A DNA stretch of 64,000 nucleotides from a bacterium (GTDB taxonomy: Bacteria; UBA10199; JACPAL01; GCA-016699445), in NCBI GenBank assembly GCA_035454885.1, contig DATIGE010000021.1:8897-72896 (forward strand), read 5' to 3'. Shown here piece by piece: positions 48,899 through 57,640 of this stretch. A program made the translations under genes and the position numbers. The notes under the pieces were generated by a model. The model was not told the DNA's origin, did not search any database, and saw only the letters and a program-made list of their open reading frames with translations. Every line of letters begins with the position of its first letter. Within the stretch, counting starts at the first letter, position 1.

Positions 48899-51721
48899 AT
48901 GAAGGTCATCCGAGTGCTTGTAACGTTCGGTTACAGAATTCTGGGACGTCTCTTCCTCCCATTTGCCGTCCTCGGGATTGGCCTGCTCCTGGTGCCGAGC
49001 GAAGCCGAGGCGGCCCGATCCTGCGTCTGCCACAATATTATCAACAACCCCAACGAAGTCTGCGCCGCCAGCCGTTCTGTTCTTGAAACAGGACACGCAA
49101 GTCACGTTGCCGACGGAAAAGATCGTTACGGCACTTGCGACAGTTGCGGCGATGCCATCCTGCAATGTTGCACTTTCGTACCAAACACCTCGCCTCCGGT
49201 CGCCGATGAATGTTGCGTGGTCGACTGTCAGGGGCAGGCCGAGATTTCGCCGGGAGTTCCCTGCGTCGCCGATCCCAATTGCGGAACGAACGGCGACGGC
49301 TCCTCGCTTCCCCAGTGCTCCCAGGAGGAGTGCGATGACGGCGACAATGATTGCAGCACCAACGATTGCACCCCGGACTGCAAATCGACGCCGAGCTGCG
49401 GCGACGACAATGTTTGCACCGATGATTTCTGCTGTAATGGTTCCAATGATCCGGATCCGCTTTGTTCCGAGGCGGGCGTCTGTGTGAACAAAAACAACAC
49501 CGATCCATGTGATGATGATGATGAGTGCACCGACGGCGACGTCTGTCAAAGTGGAGTTTGCGTCCCAGGGGGTCCCAAGGATTGCAGCGACGGACTCTTC
49601 TGTACCCAAGATCTTTGCGATCCGGCGACGGGCTGCGACTGGAGTCAACCCACCGAATGCTCGGACGGAACCGTCTGCACCACGGACACGTGCAACGAGG
49701 ACAACGACCAGTGCGAGTTTCCCGGGATTAGTTGCGACGATTTAGATGCCTGCACCGATGACAGCTGCGATGCGGAAAAGGGATGCGGTCATTCTCCGCA
49801 CGATTGCGACGACAACAACCGATGCACTGACGACAGCTGTAATTCGGAGGATGGCTGCCATTATGCCTCCCATGATTGCGACGATGAAAAGACCTGCACG
49901 GACGACAGTTGCGATCCGGTAGAGGGCTGCGGTCACTCGCCTAACAATGGATCCTGCGATGACGGCAACCCTTGTACCGACGACGTCTGCAACCCTTCGG
50001 GGTGTGAGGAAGGGGACGAGACGTGCGTCCAAGACGAAAATTTCGAAACAAACGGTTGTATCCACATCTATAATGATTCCGGGACCGCCTGCGGCGATGA
50101 AAGCGATACCGACTGTGATAATCCGGATACCTGCGACGGACGCGGGACCTGTCAGGACAACAACGAGGACAACGGGACGGAGTGCACGACCGACGATAAC
50201 GCATGCACGGACGACGTCTGTTCCGAAGGTGTCTGCACGCATCCCGCCGATGATCAGAACTCCTGCGACGACGGGAACGCCTGTACTCGTGACGCTTGTA
50301 CGAGCGGGGAATGCGTCGGCACCGACATCTCGGCCGAATGCCCGGATGACGACAATGCCTGCACGGATAAGAGCTGCGATCCGAAATCCGGTTGCGGTCA
50401 AACCAACGACGACAGCAACGAATGCTCGGACGGCAACGCCTGCACGAGCGACGCCTGCTCGAGCGGGGAATGCGTCGGCACCGACATCTCGTCCGAATGC
50501 CCGGATGACGACAATGCCTGCACGGATAAGAGCTGCGATCCGAAATCGGGTTGCGGTCAAACCAACGACGACACCAATCAATGCTCGGACGGCGACGCCT
50601 GCACGAGCGACGCCTGCTCGAGCGGGGAGTGTGTCGGCACCGACATCTCGGCCGAATGCCCGGATGACGACAATCCCTGCACGGATAAGAGCTGCGATCC
50701 GAAATCCGGTTGCGGTCAAACCAACGACGACAGCAATGAATGCTCCGATGGCAACGCCTGCACGACCGTCGATGTCTGCAGCGAGGGTGAATGCCTCGGC
50801 AGCGTACCGCCGATCTGCGACGACCAAAACCCCTGCACGGACGACTCCTGCGATCCGAATGCAGGCCAGAAAGAGGTTGCTCGCTTCATCAGCGAGACGC
50901 AGCCCGTCGACCCGTGCGTGCATACGCCAGACGTGACCAACGAGTGCACCGACGGCGATGCCTGCAACGGTCTGGAGCAATGCGTCCTCTTGCTGGACGG
51001 CGATGTCGTCTATGGAGCGGCATGCGAAGCGGGTACGCCTCCCAACTGCGACGACAACAACCGGTGCACGGGCGAGACGTGCGATCCGGCGGTGGGCTGC
51101 GTATCCGTCCCCCTGCCCGATACGGACGGGGACCACATCCCGAACGTTTGCGACGTCTGCACCGGCGGGGACGATGAGGTGGATGGAGACGGGGATTCGG
51201 TCGCCGACGCCTGCGATAACTGCCCCAAGAATTCCAATTCGAGTCAGTCGGATTCGGATGGAGACGGCCTGGGCGACGCCTGCGACAACTGCCCCGACAT
51301 CGCCAATCCGGACCAGGCGGACTCCAACGGGAACGGCGCCGGGGACGCCTGTGACGACGAAGGCGAATTGGCGAGCTGCATCGCCCTTCCCGGAAACGAA
51401 CCCCCCGAGGTTCTGTTCGGTGCGGCCGAGAAGACCAAGGGTGTCATCACGATCCCGGTGTCGATCGTCGATCCCGAAGGGGATAATTTCACGACAACCT
51501 GCTCGGTGGATGAGGGCACGGTGGCCCTGGGCGAGGGTGTTGTGACCTACACGATCCCGACGCCCCTCGATCCGAAATCGGACGGTCTGATCACCGTGAG
51601 CTGCACGGTGGGCGACTCCGGGAGCTGCCAGGAAAAGACCTTCAAGACCGTAGTCAGCATCGGCGTGGCGGGGGATCAGCTGGGCAGCGGATGCTCCCTA
51701 TTGCCGTCGAGTCCAAAATAA
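48899..51721 (+). CDS. secreted cysteine-rich repeat protein 2 (paralogue of 45259..47301)
   Basis: Signal peptide MKVIRVLVTFGYRILGRLFLPFAVLGIGLLLVPSEAEA. About 20 Myxococcus-type Cys repeats, including three near-identical 52-aa units. TSP3-like Asp repeats. Ends ...GSGCSLLPSSPK. Confidence 0.8.
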   Translation: MKVIRVLVTFGYRILGRLFLPFAVLGIGLLLVPSEAEAARSCVCHNIINNPNEVCAASRSVLETGHASHVADGKDRYGTCDSCGDAILQCCTFVPNTSPPVADECCVVDCQGQAEISPGVPCVADPNCGTNGDGSSLPQCSQEECDDGDNDCSTNDCTPDCKSTPSCGDDNVCTDDFCCNGSNDPDPLCSEAGVCVNKNNTDPCDDDDECTDGDVCQSGVCVPGGPKDCSDGLFCTQDLCDPATGCDWSQPTECSDGTVCTTDTCNEDNDQCEFPGISCDDLDACTDDSCDAEKGCGHSPHDCDDNNRCTDDSCNSEDGCHYASHDCDDEKTCTDDSCDPVEGCGHSPNNGSCDDGNPCTDDVCNPSGCEEGDETCVQDENFETNGCIHIYNDSGTACGDESDTDCDNPDTCDGRGTCQDNNEDNGTECTTDDNACTDDVCSEGVCTHPADDQNSCDDGNACTRDACTSGECVGTDISAECPDDDNACTDKSCDPKSGCGQTNDDSNECSDGNACTSDACSSGECVGTDISSECPDDDNACTDKSCDPKSGCGQTNDDTNQCSDGDACTSDACSSGECVGTDISAECPDDDNPCTDKSCDPKSGCGQTNDDSNECSDGNACTTVDVCSEGECLGSVPPICDDQNPCTDDSCDPNAGQKEVARFISETQPVDPCVHTPDVTNECTDGDACNGLEQCVLLLDGDVVYGAACEAGTPPNCDDNNRCTGETCDPAVGCVSVPLPDTDGDHIPNVCDVCTGGDDEVDGDGDSVADACDNCPKNSNSSQSDSDGDGLGDACDNCPDIANPDQADSNGNGAGDACDDEGELASCIALPGNEPPEVLFGAAEKTKGVITIPVSIVDPEGDNFTTTCSVDEGTVALGEGVVTYTIPTPLDPKSDGLITVSCTVGDSGSCQEKTFKTVVSIGVAGDQLGSGCSLLPSSPK
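50314..50781 (+). repeat. three tandem copies of a near-identical 156-bp (52-aa) unit inside Cys-rich protein 2
   Basis: Unit reads SGECVGTDIS[AS]ECPDDDN[AP]CTDKSCDPKSGCGQTNDD[ST]N[EQ]CSDG[ND]ACTSDACS. The DNA copies differ at only a handful of positions, and the period is 156 nt by offset of the repeated gcgtcggcaccgacatctcg strings. Confidence 0.8.
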
Positions 51722-51780
51722 GGTAAAGGGCATTCCCATCATCATAATACAGAAGCAGAAGTGCAAGCCCGGGGGGGCTT

Positions 51781-53133
51781 ATGAAAAAGACGCTGTGCCT
51801 CGTAGTGGGTGTCCTCGCCGTCTCGTTCGCCGCGCTTCCAAGATCCTGGGCCTTGAACGTCCAACTCCTCCGCCCCAGCACGGGGCACGTGAAGGGCTAC
51901 CAGCTCTTCACCTCCGAAACATTGCCTAAATACACGCTGGCGGCGGGCCTCAACGTCAATTTCGCCCATCACCCGTTTGAATTGACCATCGCCGGCACGA
52001 CGAGCCGGGTCCTGGGCATCGTCGACCGGTTCGTGACGGCGGATTTTCTGGTCTCCTACGGCCTGACTAATTGGTGGACGATCAACGTCGACATGCCGCT
52101 CAACATCTACCACGACATCGCCCCGACGTTCATCGCGACGCGGGACCGGGGAGGCGGGGATCCGGGCGACCTGGGAGTCAACATGAAGTTTAGGGTCTTC
52201 GACGCGAACGAGACCTCCACCGGCCTGGGGCTGGCGTTTGTTCCGTTTGTCACCGTCCCGACGGGCCGCCAGTCGGTCTGGTTCGGCGATGAGAACCTGA
52301 CGGGCGGAGCGATCCTGGTGGGCGACGCCCAGTGGAAAGCGAACCGGTTTTACCTGAACGTGGGCGGGCGTTTCCGGGAGAGGGAGCAGGTCACGAATCT
52401 AATCGTCAAGAATGAGCTCCTTTACGGCCTCGGTTTCACGCGTCCGATCGTGAAGGACTGGGACTTCAACATCATTCTCGAAGTTTTCGGTTCGACGAAC
52501 TTCCGGAAGTTCGCGACGGAGAACATCTCATCGCCGATCGAAGGCCTGGCGATTCTTCAAAAGAAGTGGGGTGAGAACCGGAGACTCATCACGCACGTGG
52601 GCGGGGGATTCGGGATTACGAACGGTTACGGCGTTCCCACGTGGCGGGCGCTCATCGGCGTTTCCTACGCTTGGGATTTGAAGCCGGCGCCCAAACCGGT
52701 CCGCGAAGAGGTCATCACGACGAACAAGATCCACTTCGCCTTCGACAAGGCCGAAATCAAGCCGTCGTCGTATCCCGTCATCGATGAAATCATACGCACC
52801 ATCCAAAGCAAGAATGTCGTCGCCGTGCGTGTCGAAGGCCACACGGACAGCTACGGGACGGACGCGTACAACCAAAAGCTCTCGGAACGGCGGGCCAACG
52901 CCGTCATGAATTACCTGACCTCACACGGGATACCGGCCGAAAAGGCCAGCGCGGTCGGCATGGGAGAGTCGAAGCCGGTCGCGGACAATGCAACCAAGGC
53001 CGGCCGCGCGGAAAACCGGCGTGTCGAATTCCACCTCGAGATCCCCGAGGGTTCGAAGGTCAGGGTGCAGGAATCCAGCCAAGAGGCCCCGCATTACGAG
53101 GAGGGCGATCCGGGCGGGCGCCCAAGAAAATAA
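51781..53133 (+). CDS. OmpA-family outer membrane protein 2 (paralogue of 47326..48708)
   Basis: Collinear similarity along its full length to OmpA-like 1 (ALNVQLLRP.TGHV.G..LFTSETLPK...). OmpA C-like domain VEGHTDSYGTDAYNQKLSERRANAV. Confidence 0.85.
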   Translation: MKKTLCLVVGVLAVSFAALPRSWALNVQLLRPSTGHVKGYQLFTSETLPKYTLAAGLNVNFAHHPFELTIAGTTSRVLGIVDRFVTADFLVSYGLTNWWTINVDMPLNIYHDIAPTFIATRDRGGGDPGDLGVNMKFRVFDANETSTGLGLAFVPFVTVPTGRQSVWFGDENLTGGAILVGDAQWKANRFYLNVGGRFREREQVTNLIVKNELLYGLGFTRPIVKDWDFNIILEVFGSTNFRKFATENISSPIEGLAILQKKWGENRRLITHVGGGFGITNGYGVPTWRALIGVSYAWDLKPAPKPVREEVITTNKIHFAFDKAEIKPSSYPVIDEIIRTIQSKNVVAVRVEGHTDSYGTDAYNQKLSERRANAVMNYLTSHGIPAEKASAVGMGESKPVADNATKAGRAENRRVEFHLEIPEGSKVRVQESSQEAPHYEEGDPGGRPRK

Positions 53134-53227
53134 GCATCTGGTTTTAAAGGCCTTTTTAAGTAAGTAAATATTGATTTATCGAATTGATTGTCTGGCGCCT
53201 CAGGCCGAATTCGGTTAAAATCAATCG

Positions 53228-54790
53228 GTGAAAAGACGCGTCTCCCGTCGTCATTCCCATCATCGCAAGAAATGGCCTTTTCCTCTGGTTCCCGCCATTG
53301 CGGCGACGACGGCGGTCTTGGTATTGGCCCTGGTCATCATCCTCAAGCGCGCGGGACCGCCCCAAGTCGCCGCCGTGCCGCCGCTTCCCCAAAGCCGCAG
53401 CATGCAGCCCATGAGGCCGGAACCGGCCGCAAGGCCATCCATGCCGTCCGTGACGGCTCAGCCGGCCGCGCAGACCGCCTTGAAGCGTCCGGTTTTCGTG
53501 GCGGCGCCGGATCCGCGTTGCCACAGGCTGGGTCGCCTGAACGCCTCGTTCTACCGGTGCGGAGAGAGCTTGATTCTTTTGAAGGAAGGGGCGGAGTTTC
53601 CGGAGGACCTCAAGTCCGCGCCGTGGCAGAGGACGCTCGGCGAATTGATGAATCGCGGATTGATCGACGGCGCTTTGGCCACGGAGAAGGGGGACATCAC
53701 CCTCGCGACGGTCCCGAACGACGCCCGTTTCGCCGATCAGACGTTCTTGAACGGTGACGCCCCGTACGACATCGGCGCCCTGGACGCCTGGAGCGCCGTG
53801 ACGGGCAGCCCCGACCTGACGGTCGCGATCCTCGACAGCGGCATCGATCTCGTCCATCCGGACCTCCAGGCCAATCTTTGGACCAATGAGGGCGAAGTTC
53901 CCGGCAACGCGACGGACGACGACGGCAACGGGTATATCGACGACGCCAATGGCTATAATTTCAACGCCGCAACGGCCGACAACCAGGACGACAAAGGGCA
54001 CGGGACGCACGGGGCGGGGGTTATCGGCGCGGTGGGCAACAACGGGATCGGAATCGCCGGGATCAACTGGAACGTGAACCTCCTGCCGCTCAAGATCACG
54101 GACGCAGACGGCAAAGCCTCGCTGGCTGCGGCCGTGGAGGCGATCAACTACGCAATAGAAAACAACGCGAAGGTCATCAACGCCAGTTGGGTCATGAGCC
54201 TTTCGACGCCCGAGAAGGTCAATCTCCTGCAGACGGCGGTTCAGAACGCCGTGAGCGCGGGGATTGTCTTCGTGGCGGCCGCCGGCAACAACGCGGGGCA
54301 GGATCTTGACGCGTCGCCCCTGTATCCCGCGTCGTTTGATTTGCCGGGGGTCGTGACGGTCGCGGCGGTCGATGCGGACCGGGTGCTCGCTTCGTTCTCC
54401 AACATCGGCGCCAATTCCGTCGACCTGGCGGCTCCGGGAATGGGCATCCTGTCGACCGCGATCGGAGGGGACTTCAGTTCGTCCGCCGGGACTTCGGTCG
54501 CGGCGACCGTCGTGAGCGGCGCGGCCGCACTCCTGCTGGCCCAAAAGCCTTCTCTCAGCCCCGCCGAAGTCAGAAACGTCCTCATGGAGACCGCGACGGC
54601 CTCCCCGTCGCTTTCCGGCAAGACGGTGAGCGGCGGATCGCTCAACTTGAAGGCGGCTCTGGCGGCCGTGGGGGCTTCCGTGGGGTCTTCGGATTCCTCG
54701 GGAGAACCCAAATCGGACGTGGCCGCCTCGGCGGCCAAATCGACCTCTTCGGGGTCGTCCGGAGGCGGCTGTTCGTTGGCGGGGCCTTAG
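53228..54790 (+). CDS. subtilisin-like (S8 family) serine peptidase with an N-terminal signal-anchor
   Basis: Catalytic triad blocks AILDSGID (Asp), HGTHGAGVIG (His), GTSVAATVVSGAAALL (Ser). Ends ...SSGGGCSLAGP. Confidence 0.88.
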   Translation: MKRRVSRRHSHHRKKWPFPLVPAIAATTAVLVLALVIILKRAGPPQVAAVPPLPQSRSMQPMRPEPAARPSMPSVTAQPAAQTALKRPVFVAAPDPRCHRLGRLNASFYRCGESLILLKEGAEFPEDLKSAPWQRTLGELMNRGLIDGALATEKGDITLATVPNDARFADQTFLNGDAPYDIGALDAWSAVTGSPDLTVAILDSGIDLVHPDLQANLWTNEGEVPGNATDDDGNGYIDDANGYNFNAATADNQDDKGHGTHGAGVIGAVGNNGIGIAGINWNVNLLPLKITDADGKASLAAAVEAINYAIENNAKVINASWVMSLSTPEKVNLLQTAVQNAVSAGIVFVAAAGNNAGQDLDASPLYPASFDLPGVVTVAAVDADRVLASFSNIGANSVDLAAPGMGILSTAIGGDFSSSAGTSVAATVVSGAAALLLAQKPSLSPAEVRNVLMETATASPSLSGKTVSGGSLNLKAALAAVGASVGSSDSSGEPKSDVAASAAKSTSSGSSGGGCSLAGP

Positions 54791-57312
54791 AGATTATTTA
54801 AGTCCTTAAAGAGAAAATCCACGCCCCGGCTCGCGGGGGCCTCGCCACTGGGAATCGCCAGATCCTCGGGTTTTGGAGCCGCGTCCTCCAGGGCCGAGCC
54901 TCCCGTCATCGAGTCGATATTGGCGAGTTTGATGTACGCGGGCTTCGCGAAGTCCAAGACCGGCCGATCCTTCAACGCCTCCTCCATGTAGTAGAGCCAG
55001 ATAGGCGCCGAAACCACGCCGCCAGTCATGCCCGGACCGATCTTCTTGCGGCTGTCGTAGCCGGTCCAGACGCCCGTGATGAGGTCGGGTGTGAAGGCGA
55101 CGAACCAGGCGTCGGACTCGTCGTTGGTGGTCCCCGTCTTGCCGGCCGCCGGCCGCTTGAGGGACTTTGCCTTGAATCCCGTGCCGTGGTCGATGACGTC
55201 CGTCAAAAGGTTGGTCATGAGAAAGGCCGTCTGAGGGCTGATGACGTGTCCCGGCGGGATCGAGGCTCCGTAGAGGATGCGTTTTTCCTCCGGAGTCACC
55301 TTGAGATTCTCCTTCTCGATGACCTTTTCGCCCTCCGCCAGAAGCTCGCCGTTGAAGCCCGCGCCGGAGCCGCTCCCGGGGACGTCGAAAACGTGCGCGG
55401 CATCCGCGACCGCGGGCCGGTTCTCCTCGAGTACGTTGCCGTCCTTGTCCACGATCTTGCGGATGAAAAGGGGGGTGGGCCTGACCCCTCCCGCGGGGAA
55501 AGTGGCGAAGGCGCGCGTGAGGTCGAAGAGCGTCACATCCGAGGCCCCGAGGGCCGTTGAAAGGTAACGCGCGATGGGCGTCGAGATTCCGAGTTTACGC
55601 GCGTAGGCCACCGTGTAGTCGATGCCGATGTCGTGGAAGACCTTGACCGCGATGACGTTGTTCGAATGCGTGATGGCGCTCCGCACGGGCATGGGACCGT
55701 TGTGCTTGCGGCTGTAATTCTCGGGGCTCCAGAACCGGTTGCGGCCCACCTTGTACTCGACCGGGGCGTCGATGACCGTCGTGCCGGGCGTGTAGCCCTT
55801 GTCCAGGGCGGCGGAATAAACGATGGGCTTGAACGCCGATCCCGGCTGACGGATCGCCTGGGTCGCGCGGTTGAACTCGCTGCGCTTGAAGCTGAAGCCG
55901 CCGATCATCGCCTTCACCTCGCCCGTCAGGGGATTGAAGGAGAAGAGCGCGGACTCGAGCTTGGGTTCCACCTCGATGGTGAACTCGCCGTCGGCCGTCC
56001 GGCGGACCCAGTAGATTTCGCCGACCTTGGGCGTCCGCCCCGTCCACTTGCGGTTCTCGGGGGGGATTGTCCCTTCCGCGTGACCGACGACCACCGTCGC
56101 GGTGCCCTGGTCGTCCACGGCCGAGATCACGCCCCGGTAGATGTGGCCTTCCTCGATGGGCGTGGAGAGCGGGGGAATCTCCGGATTGGGAGGCATGCGG
56201 ATCGGTTCGTCCAACTCCGTGAGCTGCAGGTGGACCTGGTCCGCGAATTCCCGGATCTTGTCCGGCGCGACCCTCTCCACGGGCCCGTGGAAGCCCTTGC
56301 GGCGCTCCACCTCCAAGAGTCCGCGCTTCACGGCGCGGTCGGCGGCCTGGTAGTCGGCGAGATTGACCGTCGTGTGGATCTTGAGTCCTCCCCCGTAGAG
56401 CGTCTGTTGGCCGAAGTTCTGCTCGATCGTCCGGCGCACGTGTTCCACAAAATAGGGCGCGTATAGGTCGTTAAAATCCTTGTCGATGCCCGCGCGATAG
56501 AGAGTCAGCGGGGCCTTCAGGGCCTCCTCGTATTCGGCCTTCGAGATGTACCGATTCTCGAGCATTTGGGAGAGCACGTGCTCCTGGCGCAGGCGCGCCA
56601 TGGCGGGATTGACGAGCGGGGAGAAGGCCGTCGGGGCCGAGGGGAGTCCCGCGATCATCGCCGTCTCCGCAAGCGTCAGCTCCGTGATGTCCTTGTGGAA
56701 ATAATTCCGCGCGGCGGCCTGGACGCCGTGGGCCCGGTTCCCCAAAAAGATCTGGTTCAGATAGATGTAGAGGATCTGCTCCTTCGTGAAATTCTGCTCG
56801 AGCTGCGTGGCGAGGATGGCCTCCTTCACCTTGCGGTCGAAGCTTTTCTCGCGAGAGAGGACGAGGGAGCGGGTGACCTGCTGGGTGATCGTCGATCCTC
56901 CCTGCACGACCTTGCCCGCCCGGAGGTTTTCGAAAAAAGCCCGGAGGATGCTCTTGAAGTCGACGCCCTTGTGGTCCCAAAAACGCTCGTCCTCGGACGC
57001 CACGAAGGCGTCGATCACGCGGCGCGGGATCTTCTCGTAGGGCAAGAGATAGCGGCACTCCTGCCAAAATTCGCCGATTTTCGAATTGTCGTCGGCGAAC
57101 ACCTCGCTCACGAGCAGGGGCTTGTAGTCGGCGATGCCCCCGAGCTTGGGCAGGTCCTTGGCGAAGTGGTAATAGAGGACGCTGGTGCCCACGACGAAGA
57201 CGCCGACGGCGATTGCCAGGAGTCCGAAGGCGACTTTGAAGAGGCGGCCGACGCCCTCGAGGACGGTGGACACGTTTCGCACCTCATTTAAGATCCCAAG
57301 ACCGATTCGCAC
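54787..57312 (-). CDS. mrcA: class A penicillin-binding protein (PBP1A; glycosyltransferase plus transpeptidase)
   Basis: Glycosyltransferase motifs EDERFWDHKGVD and GGSTITQQ. Transpeptidase motifs SAFKP, SHN-like and KTGT. Confidence 0.9.
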   Translation of the reverse strand: MRIGLGILNEVRNVSTVLEGVGRLFKVAFGLLAIAVGVFVVGTSVLYYHFAKDLPKLGGIADYKPLLVSEVFADDNSKIGEFWQECRYLLPYEKIPRRVIDAFVASEDERFWDHKGVDFKSILRAFFENLRAGKVVQGGSTITQQVTRSLVLSREKSFDRKVKEAILATQLEQNFTKEQILYIYLNQIFLGNRAHGVQAAARNYFHKDITELTLAETAMIAGLPSAPTAFSPLVNPAMARLRQEHVLSQMLENRYISKAEYEEALKAPLTLYRAGIDKDFNDLYAPYFVEHVRRTIEQNFGQQTLYGGGLKIHTTVNLADYQAADRAVKRGLLEVERRKGFHGPVERVAPDKIREFADQVHLQLTELDEPIRMPPNPEIPPLSTPIEEGHIYRGVISAVDDQGTATVVVGHAEGTIPPENRKWTGRTPKVGEIYWVRRTADGEFTIEVEPKLESALFSFNPLTGEVKAMIGGFSFKRSEFNRATQAIRQPGSAFKPIVYSAALDKGYTPGTTVIDAPVEYKVGRNRFWSPENYSRKHNGPMPVRSAITHSNNVIAVKVFHDIGIDYTVAYARKLGISTPIARYLSTALGASDVTLFDLTRAFATFPAGGVRPTPLFIRKIVDKDGNVLEENRPAVADAAHVFDVPGSGSGAGFNGELLAEGEKVIEKENLKVTPEEKRILYGASIPPGHVISPQTAFLMTNLLTDVIDHGTGFKAKSLKRPAAGKTGTTNDESDAWFVAFTPDLITGVWTGYDSRKKIGPGMTGGVVSAPIWLYYMEEALKDRPVLDFAKPAYIKLANIDSMTGGSALEDAAPKPEDLAIPSGEAPASRGVDFLFKDLNNL

Positions 57313-57415
57313 CCGCAGGGTGTAGGGGGCACTGAGTAGACGAATCCCGGCGGATCGTCAATATGGACAAATCCGTCCACGGATGATAGCAGGGGAGGAC
57401 GAGAAGGGGGAGATC

Positions 57416-57634
57416 ATGAAGAATTCCGGTTGTCTTGTCGTCCTCGCGGCGCTCGTCTTCGCATCCGGGTGCAGTTTCGAGAAGAAGGCGCCCCCCCCGC
57501 CGCAGCTTGCCGTTCCGCAGCCGGCAGCCCCGGCGCCGCAGCCGCCGGCGGCGCAGCCGGAGGCCCCAATGCCTCCCGAGACCGCGCCTGAGGCCCCCGC
57601 GACGCGACCGTCCGAGGCCGAGAGCGGCTACTGA
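57416..57634 (+). CDS. small proline-rich lipoprotein (about 72 aa)
   Basis: MKNSGCLVVLAALVFASGC|SF lipobox followed by a PPPPQLAVPQPAAPAPQPPAAQPEAP low-complexity tail. An alternative upstream start adds 11 aa. Confidence 0.5.
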   Translation: MKNSGCLVVLAALVFASGCSFEKKAPPPPQLAVPQPAAPAPQPPAAQPEAPMPPETAPEAPATRPSEAESGY

Positions 57635-57640
57635 GCGGCA

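Noticed and set aside
51660-51721. Full MYXO-CTERM-type sorting signal on Cys-rich protein 2 or the subtilase
   Set aside because: The ORFs stop 2-7 residues after the G-C-S-L motif, and the downstream in-frame codons hit stops without a TM helix or Arg cluster. So only a truncated or variant tail can be claimed.
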